Assembly (NCBI GenBank): GCA_002841595.1
Contig: PHAD01000008.1
Coordinates: 1 to 56,131, forward strand
DNA from: Firmicutes bacterium HGW-Firmicutes-12
Lineage (GTDB): Bacteria; Bacillota; Peptococcia; DRI-13; PHAD01
DNA length: 56,131 bases
Reading direction: 5' to 3'
Shown here: piece by piece, positions 30,595 to 38,551 of the stretch
Layout of the letters: each line of letters begins with the position of its first letter
Position numbering within the stretch: position 1 is the first letter of the stretch
The notes under the pieces: generated by a model
Seen by the model: only the letters and a program-made list of their open reading frames with translations
Database searches by the model: none
What the model was told of the DNA's origin: nothing
Position numbers and translations under genes: made by a program

Positions 30595-31068
30595 TTGCCT
30601 CTAATACCTATATTAGCCTGGATACTTCAAGCAATACCAGAATGTATGGCTACAGCATCCTTATCTATGAGTTTGTCAACGAGGAATTTACCTTGGGATA
30701 GGATCTGGAAAATAGGCTTATCACAAGCAGTTACTACTTACTTGGTCAGATTATTAGATTTCACTCCTGGAGTACATGTTATTGTATTGGCAGCTACACT
30801 AGGTGTGTTTTGTATCCATTTTGGAAAAGTGGAAATGAAACGAGCTCTTGTCTTTAGTGCAATAACTATGGCAATTCTTGTTTTGGGAGAGTTTTTCTCA
30901 GTTTATACACTTACAAAAATAGGGTTGTTCAATATTAATCAGATGGATGAGAATATTATTAATAGAATAATATTTGGTTATCCACATACCATATTGCTAT
31001 TTCTAATTGCAATTATGATCCAAAAGAAGCAAATAAATCTCAGCTTTATTATTAAAAAAGAAATGTAA
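30595..31068 (+). CDS. Polytopic membrane protein of unknown function (~5 TM), first gene of the agr-like cluster
   Basis: Long ORF made of about five hydrophobic segments. Start uncertain (TTG 30595 or GTG 30583 after AAAGGAG). Lies 8 nt upstream of agrB. Confidence 0.6.
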   Translation: MPLIPILAWILQAIPECMATASLSMSLSTRNLPWDRIWKIGLSQAVTTYLVRLLDFTPGVHVIVLAATLGVFCIHFGKVEMKRALVFSAITMAILVLGEFFSVYTLTKIGLFNINQMDENIINRIIFGYPHTILLFLIAIMIQKKQINLSFIIKKEM

Positions 31069-31076
31069 AAAGGTGT

Positions 31077-31664
31077 ATGTATATGAGTTATTCAAGGTTA
31101 AGTACTAGTATTAGTGATTACTTGGTACGTGAGCTTAAGTATTCAGAAGAAAAAAAAGATATTATTTCCTATTCGTTGGACACCTTGTTTTTATTGATTA
31201 GCGGCTATGTCTTGATTTTGTTGCTAGGTTATATGATTGGAATACCTGGGGCTGTCTTATGTACGCTGTGATCCGGTGACATATTGAGAAAATTCAGCGG
31301 TGGCTCCCATATGTCAAATCCTTATCGATGTCTAGCTGCTACTACAATAATATACATATCGATAAGCTGGTTATCCGTTCAGGCTCATTCAATATGGGGA
31401 AATAAGGATGAGTTTATTATAGCTCTTATTATACTGTGTATGACAAGCATAATAATTATTTATAAATATGCACCGGTAGATTCTCTATCAAAACCAATAG
31501 TATCGACTTCTTTTAGAAAAAAATTGAAGATAGCATCTATTGCTACTGTAGTGTTTTTAAGTTTGCTTGCACTATTCTTTAATAGCAGCTATATTGGGGC
31601 ATCAATAACAGCAGGAATATTCGCTCAGTCTGTTACTTTGTTGCCTTTTCTAAACAGGAAATAA
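31077..31664 (+). pseudogene. agrB: AgrB-family AIP-processing membrane peptidase, interrupted by one in-frame TGA (31269-31271)
   Basis: The two ORF-track entries (31077-31271 and 31284-31664) share one frame. Joined they read ...CTL*SGDILRKFSGGSHMSNPYRC..., matching LRR..GG.H-x6-C. KYAPVDSLSKPI and VTLLPFL match S. aureus VYAPAATKKKPI and ITLLPIF. Confidence 0.8.
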
Positions 31665-31683
31665 TAATAAGGAGGTGTAACGA

Positions 31684-31815
31684 ATGAGTAGAATCAAGTT
31701 TATGCTCTTAACACTTACTACAACTGCATTATTACTGTTTGCTTCTGCAACATCAGTATTTGCTTGCTTATTTGCGCAGTATCAGCCTGAAACTCCAAAA
31801 AGTCTGATTAGATAA
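31684..31815 (+). CDS. agrD: AgrD-type cyclic autoinducing peptide precursor (43 aa). Not in the ORF track.
   Basis: ATG 7 nt after AAGGAGGTG gives MSRIKFMLLTLTTTALLLFASATSVFACLFAQYQPETPKSLIR. This is a hydrophobic leader, a Cys plus 4-residue ring candidate, and a QPExPKSL tail. Terminator follows. Confidence 0.8.
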   Translation: MSRIKFMLLTLTTTALLLFASATSVFACLFAQYQPETPKSLIR

Positions 31816-31821
31816 GCACAA

Positions 31822-31848
31822 GAGGTGGTATATCCACCTCACTTTTTT
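31822..31848 (+). terminator. Rho-independent terminator after agrD
   Basis: GAGGTGG tatat CCACCTC followed by ACTTTTTTG. Confidence 0.8.
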
Positions 31849-31915
31849 GTCCCAATAAAATGTATATATCTACCATACACGTCGTTTGAGTTCTACTTTA
31901 TGGGGGAGGATACAC

Positions 31916-33574
31916 GTGAGAGACATGTATTCTGTGCGGTGTAAAAAAATAAATAAATATGTCTTTACTTCACAGGTTCTTTTTTGTCTGTTGTCAGGCA
32001 TATTATTGGTTCGAGTCCTAGATAAGTTCACACCTTTATCCTTTATGGTATATAGAAATTTAGTAATAGTAATAATTCCAATAACGCTCTTATTGTTATA
32101 TAAATTTGCAGAGAATTACATATGTGTAGGTAGAAAAAATAGCAGTGATTATATATTTAATGCAATATTTCTAGTTGCCAATACGTTTTTACTTTCTTTT
32201 GAGTCAGAGAGTTTCTTTAGGATACTGCTGTTTATGCCTATCGTTGTTTCTGCACTTACATATGGAACAAAAAAAGGATATATGTGGGCCCTTTTCACTA
32301 CAATTGGATTGGTAGTTATAAATATTGTAAATAAAAGTCAAAATCAAAATATTGATATTGATATTTTAGCAGTTAGTTCTTATTGGCTTTTTGCATGGTT
32401 ACTGGGAAAAATGACTGAGGCTGAGTTGGATATTATAGATGAATTGCAAAAACATGCTTCACTAGATGGACTTACGGGAGTCTTTAACCACCGTGTGTTT
32501 CACACTCTTTTAGATGAATACCTTCTTAAAGCAAAGGTGGCTAATAAGAATTTAACAATAATAATGATAGATATAGATTTCTTTAAGTATTATAATGATG
32601 CGTACGGTCACCAAAAGGGAGACGGAGTATTATTTGAGATTGCCCAATTGATAGAAGAAATAGTGGGTGATAAGGGTATATGCGCTAGGTATGGTGGAGA
32701 TGAATTTGCAGTGTTATTACTTAGTTCTAATGGAATAGCAGGAGTAGAGATAGGGGAGAAAATTAGGGAAGCCGTTGAGACAACAACTTTTGAGGGCATG
32801 AACATACTACCGAAGGGTCATTTGACCGTCTCAATTGGAGTGTCCGCTTTCCCTGAACATGGTGAGAATAAGGAGAAGCTTCTTAACAAGGCCGATGAAG
32901 CCTTATATAAAGCTAAGGATACAAATTCAAACAAAGTCGAACTTTATTATTCCGTTTTTGATGAGATAGAAAGGAACCTGCAAGACAAAGAGAAAGATCT
33001 ACTTAGTTCCTTGCGTACACTTATAATGGTTGTAAATGCTAAAGATCGATATACTTATGGACATTCTGAACGGGTTATGCATTATGCTGTGAATATTGGA
33101 AGAAAGATGGCACTTTGGGAATGGGAAATACAAGATCTGATGGTTGGTGGATTATTACATGATATAGGGAAGATAGAGGTTAGCCGTGAAGTATTGAACA
33201 AATCTGGAAAGCTGACGGATGATGAATGGGAAGCGATAAGAATGCACCCATCGTGGGGAGCGGATATGATAAGACCTATATCTTCACTTGCAGGTGCTGT
33301 AAATACAATTCAATACCATCATGAGAATTATGATGGGTCTGGGTATCCTTATGGCTTAAAAGGCCAGAAAATTCCTTTGGGTGCACGTATATTACGTTTG
33401 GCGGACAGTTTCGATGCTATGACAACTAATCGTCCCTATAAGATTGCTAAAACGGTGAAAGAAGCTATTATCGATTTGAAGGAAAATAAGGGCATCTTCT
33501 ATGATCCTGAGATTGTTGATCGCTTTGTGGAATACATACTAGAAATAGGTATTTTGAATGAGGAAGCATCTTGA
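31916..33574 (+). CDS. Membrane-anchored bifunctional c-di-GMP protein: ~6 TM N-domain, GGDEF, HD-GYP
   Basis: LDGLTGVFNHR... DIDFFKYYNDAYGHQKGD... RYGGDEFAV (no RxxD I-site). Then GHSERV... LLHDIGK... HHENYDGSGYP. GTG at 31916 lies 5 nt after GGGGGAGGA. Confidence 0.88.
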   Translation: MRDMYSVRCKKINKYVFTSQVLFCLLSGILLVRVLDKFTPLSFMVYRNLVIVIIPITLLLLYKFAENYICVGRKNSSDYIFNAIFLVANTFLLSFESESFFRILLFMPIVVSALTYGTKKGYMWALFTTIGLVVINIVNKSQNQNIDIDILAVSSYWLFAWLLGKMTEAELDIIDELQKHASLDGLTGVFNHRVFHTLLDEYLLKAKVANKNLTIIMIDIDFFKYYNDAYGHQKGDGVLFEIAQLIEEIVGDKGICARYGGDEFAVLLLSSNGIAGVEIGEKIREAVETTTFEGMNILPKGHLTVSIGVSAFPEHGENKEKLLNKADEALYKAKDTNSNKVELYYSVFDEIERNLQDKEKDLLSSLRTLIMVVNAKDRYTYGHSERVMHYAVNIGRKMALWEWEIQDLMVGGLLHDIGKIEVSREVLNKSGKLTDDEWEAIRMHPSWGADMIRPISSLAGAVNTIQYHHENYDGSGYPYGLKGQKIPLGARILRLADSFDAMTTNRPYKIAKTVKEAIIDLKENKGIFYDPEIVDRFVEYILEIGILNEEAS

Positions 33575-33686
33575 AAGGAATAGCTAGGTATAATAGAGTT
33601 AGACTAATAAACAAATACCTCTACCAAGAATAAGGACATGGTAGAGGTATTTGTTTAATCAAAAAACGATTCAGGTAGGTGTTATT

Positions 33687-35087
33687 ATGTTAGAATTCAT
33701 AGGTTTTGTGCCGCATCCTCCTATTATTATAGAAGAGGTCGGGAGAGAAGAAACAATTAAAATCAGCGCTACAACGAAGGCAATGGAAAAAATATCTGCA
33801 GATATTAAGAATGCTAATCCTGATGTGATCGTTGCTATTACGCCTCATGGACATGTATTTAGTGACGCAGTTACAATAACGGCATTAGATATACTATCAG
33901 GCAACTTGAAAAAGTTTGGAGCACCACAGATAAAGGTAGAATTTAAATTGGATCATGAAGTTGTAAATCGTATTGTAGAAAGCTGTCGAAAGAGTCCAAT
34001 TATCTGTAGTGCCCTAGATAAGAAGCTATTGTTTCAATTTAAATGCCCTGCTGAACTTGATCACGGTTTGGTTGTACCTTTGTCCTTTGTGGTTAAGACA
34101 GGATGGGATGGCAATTTGGTACCAATAAATATGGGGTTACTGCCTTATGAGGAGTTATATCACTTCGGTAAGATACTAAGAGATACATTGGATGCTTTGG
34201 GACGAAGTTGGGTTCTATTAGCTAGTGGTGATATGTCACATAGCTTGCGGCCAGGCTCGCCGTCAGGCTATTCTCCTCAGGGAGCTGTATTTGATGAGAT
34301 AATCAGGCAATCGATACGCGAAGGCAATGTCATGAGAATATTTGATTTAGAGGAAAGCTTGGTTGAAGAGGCTGCGGAATGTGGACTTAGACCTCTTATT
34401 ATGGCTCTAGGCGCATTGGACGGCTATGAGATAAACTCTGAGGAATTATCGTATGAGGGACAATTTGGAGTTGGGTATCTTGTGGCTCAGTTACGCGCGG
34501 GTAAAAATGATATCTCTCGTGAAATAATAAAGGACTTATATAAGAAACGTAAAGAGAGGCTTGATAAATACCAAGATAAAGAAACCATGCCGGTTAAACT
34601 TGCTCGTGAAAGTATTAAGCATTATTTAGAAAAAGGACAGGTATTAAGCGTATCATTAGAGTATGAAGACTTAAAAATCAATAAAGCAGGTGTCTTTGTC
34701 AGTTTGAAGATGCATGGTTCACTACGTGGGTGTATAGGTACTGTAGTACCTGAGCAAGAAAACATTGCTCAAGAGATCATACACAATGCAGTTTCGGCAG
34801 CCATTAGGGACCCGCGTTTTCATCCACTCCAAAAAGAGGAACTTAATGATATTATAATATCGGTTGATATATTAGAAGAACCAGAAGAAGTAGTTAGTAT
34901 GACCGAGCTAAACCCACTAGAATATGGAGTAATAGTATCAAACGGAAAAAAGAAGGGACTTCTGCTACCCAAGCTTACAGGAATTAAAGAACCAGAAGAA
35001 CAGATTGAAATCGCTAAACAAAAAGCAGGAATAAGACCGGATGAACCCGTTAAGTTAGAAAGATTTAGGGTGATAAGGTATACATAA
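33687..35087 (+). CDS. AmmeMemoRadiSam system protein: LigB/extradiol-dioxygenase-B-like (Memo-related) domain fused to AMMECR1
   Basis: N-terminal half has VPHPP, ITPHGHVF, ELDHGLVVPLSF and ASGDMSHSL. C-terminal half has GVFVSLKMHGSLRGCIGT (AMMECR1 LRGCIG motif). Confidence 0.8.
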   Translation: MLEFIGFVPHPPIIIEEVGREETIKISATTKAMEKISADIKNANPDVIVAITPHGHVFSDAVTITALDILSGNLKKFGAPQIKVEFKLDHEVVNRIVESCRKSPIICSALDKKLLFQFKCPAELDHGLVVPLSFVVKTGWDGNLVPINMGLLPYEELYHFGKILRDTLDALGRSWVLLASGDMSHSLRPGSPSGYSPQGAVFDEIIRQSIREGNVMRIFDLEESLVEEAAECGLRPLIMALGALDGYEINSEELSYEGQFGVGYLVAQLRAGKNDISREIIKDLYKKRKERLDKYQDKETMPVKLARESIKHYLEKGQVLSVSLEYEDLKINKAGVFVSLKMHGSLRGCIGTVVPEQENIAQEIIHNAVSAAIRDPRFHPLQKEELNDIIISVDILEEPEEVVSMTELNPLEYGVIVSNGKKKGLLLPKLTGIKEPEEQIEIAKQKAGIRPDEPVKLERFRVIRYT

Positions 35088-35133
35088 TCAGGGTTATAGT
35101 AATATTTATTATATAATAAGAAGGTGAACATAC

Positions 35134-35997
35134 TTGAATAGCGCCAGATATTATCTGTGTACAGATAATAAGCATAATGGGGTACAGTGTTTTCTTTGTC
35201 CACACGAATGCAAGATAGATATAGGACAAAAGGGGCTTTGTCAGGTAAGATATAATAAAGAAGGCAAACTTAAACTTCTAAACTATGGGCAAGTCACAGC
35301 AGCATCACTAGACCCTATAGAAAAGAAACCGCTAAAGAAATATTATCCTGGTCAGAAAGTGTTCTCATTGGGTACATTCGGTTGTAATTTTTCCTGTGAC
35401 TTTTGCCAAAACTGGAAAATATCCCAAGGAGAAAAGCCAGAAAGTAATTATTTGTCTCCAGAAGAAGCTGTAATAAAGGCTCAGGAACTAGTGCAATATG
35501 GCAATATAGGGATTGCCTATACATACTCGGAACCCCTCATGTGGTTTGAATATGTATTGGATACAGCTAAACTCGCAAAAGAAGCAGGTTTAAAGAATAT
35601 TTTAGTGACAAATGGCTATATCAATCAGGAACCTTTAAGAGAGTTGGTACCTTATCTAGATGCTGTTAATCTAGATATCAAGTCGTTCACTGAAGGTTTT
35701 TATCAAAAGGTTTGCGGAGGCAGACTGAGTCCAGTACTCTCAAATGCCAGAATTTTTGCTGAGAATTGTCATCTCGAAATAACAACTCTACTGATACCCG
35801 ACTTAAACGATAGTGTTGAGGAGATAGAGAAGCTGACAACATTTATAGCTGAAATAGACAAAAATATTCCACTTCATCTTACGAGATATTTTCCAAACTA
35901 TGAATTACAGAAGCCAAGTACGTCTTTGGATATATTGTACAAAGCTAAAGAGATAGCCGATAAATATCTAGCCGAAGTTTATTTAGGCAACATATAA
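35134..35997 (+). CDS. AmmeMemoRadiSam system radical SAM enzyme
   Basis: N-terminal CFLCPHEC...GLCQVR cluster, CNFSCDFCQNW radical-SAM CxxxCxxC motif. Adjacent to the AMMECR1 gene. TTG start. Confidence 0.82.
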   Translation: MNSARYYLCTDNKHNGVQCFLCPHECKIDIGQKGLCQVRYNKEGKLKLLNYGQVTAASLDPIEKKPLKKYYPGQKVFSLGTFGCNFSCDFCQNWKISQGEKPESNYLSPEEAVIKAQELVQYGNIGIAYTYSEPLMWFEYVLDTAKLAKEAGLKNILVTNGYINQEPLRELVPYLDAVNLDIKSFTEGFYQKVCGGRLSPVLSNARIFAENCHLEITTLLIPDLNDSVEEIEKLTTFIAEIDKNIPLHLTRYFPNYELQKPSTSLDILYKAKEIADKYLAEVYLGNI

Positions 35998-36304
35998 CTT
36001 GACATTGTATAATAGATTTTTATAGGACATTAATATATAATATTTTCATGATAAAGCAGGAAAAACAAGCTAAAACTAGAAATAACATAATGACCTAAGT
36101 GAAAGGTGAGGCACATGGAAGAGATGCAATACGTCATTTTTAAACTAGTCGGAAGATAGTACTAGGTCAATTATTGTTAAGATAGAATATCAATCCTACG
36201 GTATGAACTAGGTGAAGGAAATCATAACTATATTGATCCGGAGTTAATAAAGGGAATTGTCTTACCTTCCCAAATATAAAATAAATTATCAAAAGGAAGA
36301 ACTT

Positions 36305-37342
36305 ATGCGGTCAATTGAAATAGAACAGTTAAATGCAGGTATGAAAATCGCAAAAGCAATTTATGATGACAACGGGAGGATACTACTAAATGCAGGTGCT
36401 GTCCTTAGTTTCCGTTACATCGATAAACTCACTTCTATGGGGATCCCTTTTATTTATGTTGAAGATGAGATTGTAGGGCCCCTTGATGTGGAAGAGCTTA
36501 TTCATGATAGGGTAAGAATACAGACCGTCAAAGCTCTAAAGCAGGCTGCTGAAAATGTTAAAATGAGGGCAGAAATTGACATACGCCAAATAAGCGATAT
36601 GGTGAACAGTATCCTGGATGATTTAAGGGGTGTGTCCAATCTGATAGTACAGTTGATGGATATCAGATGCAGTAATATGTATATTTACAATCATTCAGTT
36701 TCAGTTTGTATATTAAGTATTATTACTGGTATGGCCCTAGGGCTCGATGAGTTAAAAATCAAAACATTGGGAATGGGAGCAATACTCCACGATGTTGGCA
36801 AATCCTTAAGTGAAGGCCCGGAACACACTTTACATGGTTTTGAGATTTTGCGTGGTAATAAAACTTTAAATGTTACGGCAGCCCATGTAGCTTACCAGCA
36901 TCACGAAAAGTATGATGGAAAGGGTTATCCTCGCCAGCTAAAAGGTGAAGATATACATTTATTTGGGTCTATCGTTGGAACGGCAAATTATTACGATAAT
37001 CTGGTCTCTAACCCAGATCAGAATGAACGGTTATACCCCTATCAAGCATTAGAAATTATTATGGCAGAAAGCGGTAGGGCCCTTCATCCAGAAGTAGTAA
37101 AGGCCTTTTGTAAGAACATTGCCCCGTATCCGGTGGGTACTGCAGTTCGTCTTAATAATGGGGATATAGGAGTCATCATTTCCGTTAATAAACATCTGCC
37201 GACAAGGCCAGTTATTAAGCTTGTGGCTAACAATGTGGGTATTTTATTAAAAACATTCCCGGAAATTGACTTAATGCTTGAAAAAACACTTTTTATCAAT
37301 GAGATTATTAACGAAAAACAGCGTCAAGATATTTTTGGTTAG
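36305..37342 (+). CDS. HD-GYP domain protein (putative c-di-GMP phosphodiesterase) with DUF3391-like N-domain
   Basis: ILHDVGK and QHHEKYDGKGYP motifs. ATG at 36305 after AAAAGGAAG. Confidence 0.85.
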   Translation: MRSIEIEQLNAGMKIAKAIYDDNGRILLNAGAVLSFRYIDKLTSMGIPFIYVEDEIVGPLDVEELIHDRVRIQTVKALKQAAENVKMRAEIDIRQISDMVNSILDDLRGVSNLIVQLMDIRCSNMYIYNHSVSVCILSIITGMALGLDELKIKTLGMGAILHDVGKSLSEGPEHTLHGFEILRGNKTLNVTAAHVAYQHHEKYDGKGYPRQLKGEDIHLFGSIVGTANYYDNLVSNPDQNERLYPYQALEIIMAESGRALHPEVVKAFCKNIAPYPVGTAVRLNNGDIGVIISVNKHLPTRPVIKLVANNVGILLKTFPEIDLMLEKTLFINEIINEKQRQDIFG

Positions 37343-37371
37343 GAGAAATGAATATTTTATTTCGCAAATAA

Positions 37372-37399
37372 TGTGAATCCTTAGGGGTTCACAATTTTT
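37372..37399 (+). terminator. Rho-independent terminator after the HD-GYP gene
   Basis: GTGAATCC ttag GGGGTTCAC followed by AATTTTT. Confidence 0.7.
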
Positions 37400-37420
37400 G
37401 ATAACAATAAAACATTCTTT

Positions 37421-37450
37421 ATTGCATAAATATGCATGTAAGTGTATAAT
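37421..37450 (+). promoter_or_regulatory. ARG-box-like operator overlapping the arg operon promoter
   Basis: ATTGCATAAATATGCATG contains the palindrome TGCATA-AA-TATGCA. -35 TTGCAT (37422-27), 17 nt, TATAAT (37445-50). Confidence 0.6.
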
Positions 37451-37499
37451 TATGTATTATTACTAGATGGTTAGTTCATTTAAAAGAGGTGATTTTAAA

Positions 37500-38540
37500 A
37501 TGATAAAAGCAAGTGTTCTTGGCGCTACCGGATATGCAGGTCAAGAATTGGTTAGAATGCTTTACCAACATGAATATGTAGAGATTGTAGGATTAGGCAC
37601 TCAGAGTTACGCTGGAAAGCCTTTTTCCGAAATATATCCACATTTTAATGGAGTTGTGGATACCGAATGCCTGAATATTGATGATCCAGCATTAATTAAT
37701 GCTGCTGAAGTAATATTCTTAGCATTGCCGCACGGATTAAGTCTACCTTATGTGGAGGCTGCCTCCAAAATAGGTAAAAAGGTAATAGATTTAGGGGCCG
37801 ACTTTCGTTTGAAGTCTCCATCGGTATATACAAAATGGTATAAGACAACGGGGCCTTCTTTAGAGCTCTTGAAGCAGGCAGTTTATGGTTTGCCTGAAGT
37901 GTATAGGCAGGATATAAAAGAAGCAAATATCATTGCTAATCCAGGATGCTATCCTACGACCGCCATTTTAGCTCTTGCTCCACTATTGAAGAATAAACTT
38001 ATTGATACTAATTATATAATAATAGATAGTAAGTCAGGAGTGAGCGGGGCCGGAAGAAGTTTAGTGGTTAATTCATTATTCTCTGAGGTAGACGGTGACT
38101 TAAAAGCCTACGGTATACCTCAGCACCGACATACTCCAGAGATTGAACAGGAGCTGACACTACTAGCAGAAAACGACGTTATGGTTACATTTACGCCCCA
38201 TCTCATACCAATGATTAGAGGAATGATGAGCACAGTTTACACAAGGCCCAATCAAAATGTTACTCAAATAGAGATAGAGGAAGCGTATCAGAACTTTTAT
38301 TCTAATGAACCATTTATAAGAATTCTTCCACAGGGACAGTACCCACATACTAAATGGGTATTGGGAACAAATTATTGTGATATCGGCTTATCCTGGGACG
38401 AGAGAACGGGTAGGCTGCGAATTATATCAGCTATTGATAATTTGGTTAAAGGGGCTTCTGGTCAAGCTGTTCAAAATATGAACATTATGTATGGTTTAAA
38501 TGAAAATTTAGGTCTAGCTAGAATAGCTATGTATCCATAG
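37500..38540 (+). CDS. argC: N-acetyl-gamma-glutamyl-phosphate reductase
   Basis: MIKASVLGATGYAGQEL N-terminus and the active-site segment NPGCYPT. Confidence 0.95.
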   Translation: MIKASVLGATGYAGQELVRMLYQHEYVEIVGLGTQSYAGKPFSEIYPHFNGVVDTECLNIDDPALINAAEVIFLALPHGLSLPYVEAASKIGKKVIDLGADFRLKSPSVYTKWYKTTGPSLELLKQAVYGLPEVYRQDIKEANIIANPGCYPTTAILALAPLLKNKLIDTNYIIIDSKSGVSGAGRSLVVNSLFSEVDGDLKAYGIPQHRHTPEIEQELTLLAENDVMVTFTPHLIPMIRGMMSTVYTRPNQNVTQIEIEEAYQNFYSNEPFIRILPQGQYPHTKWVLGTNYCDIGLSWDERTGRLRIISAIDNLVKGASGQAVQNMNIMYGLNENLGLARIAMYP

Positions 38541-38551
38541 GGGGTAAGAAT

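Noticed and set aside
31269-31271. The TGA in agrB as a selenocysteine or programmed recoding site.
   Set aside because: AgrB is not a known selenoprotein family. The position lies in a TM segment rather than at a catalytic Cys position, and I could not identify a convincing SECIS-like hairpin immediately downstream. A nonsense mutation or sequencing error is more parsimonious.
31077-31664. Treating 31077-31271 and 31284-31664 as two independent genes.
   Set aside because: They share one frame separated by a single stop. Together they reconstitute a full-length AgrB, and the second piece has no RBS of its own.
36001-36304. A c-di-GMP riboswitch in the HD-GYP leader.
   Set aside because: I could not find the conserved GEMM-I or c-di-GMP-II core sequences by eye. 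The region is kept only as a long leader of unknown function.
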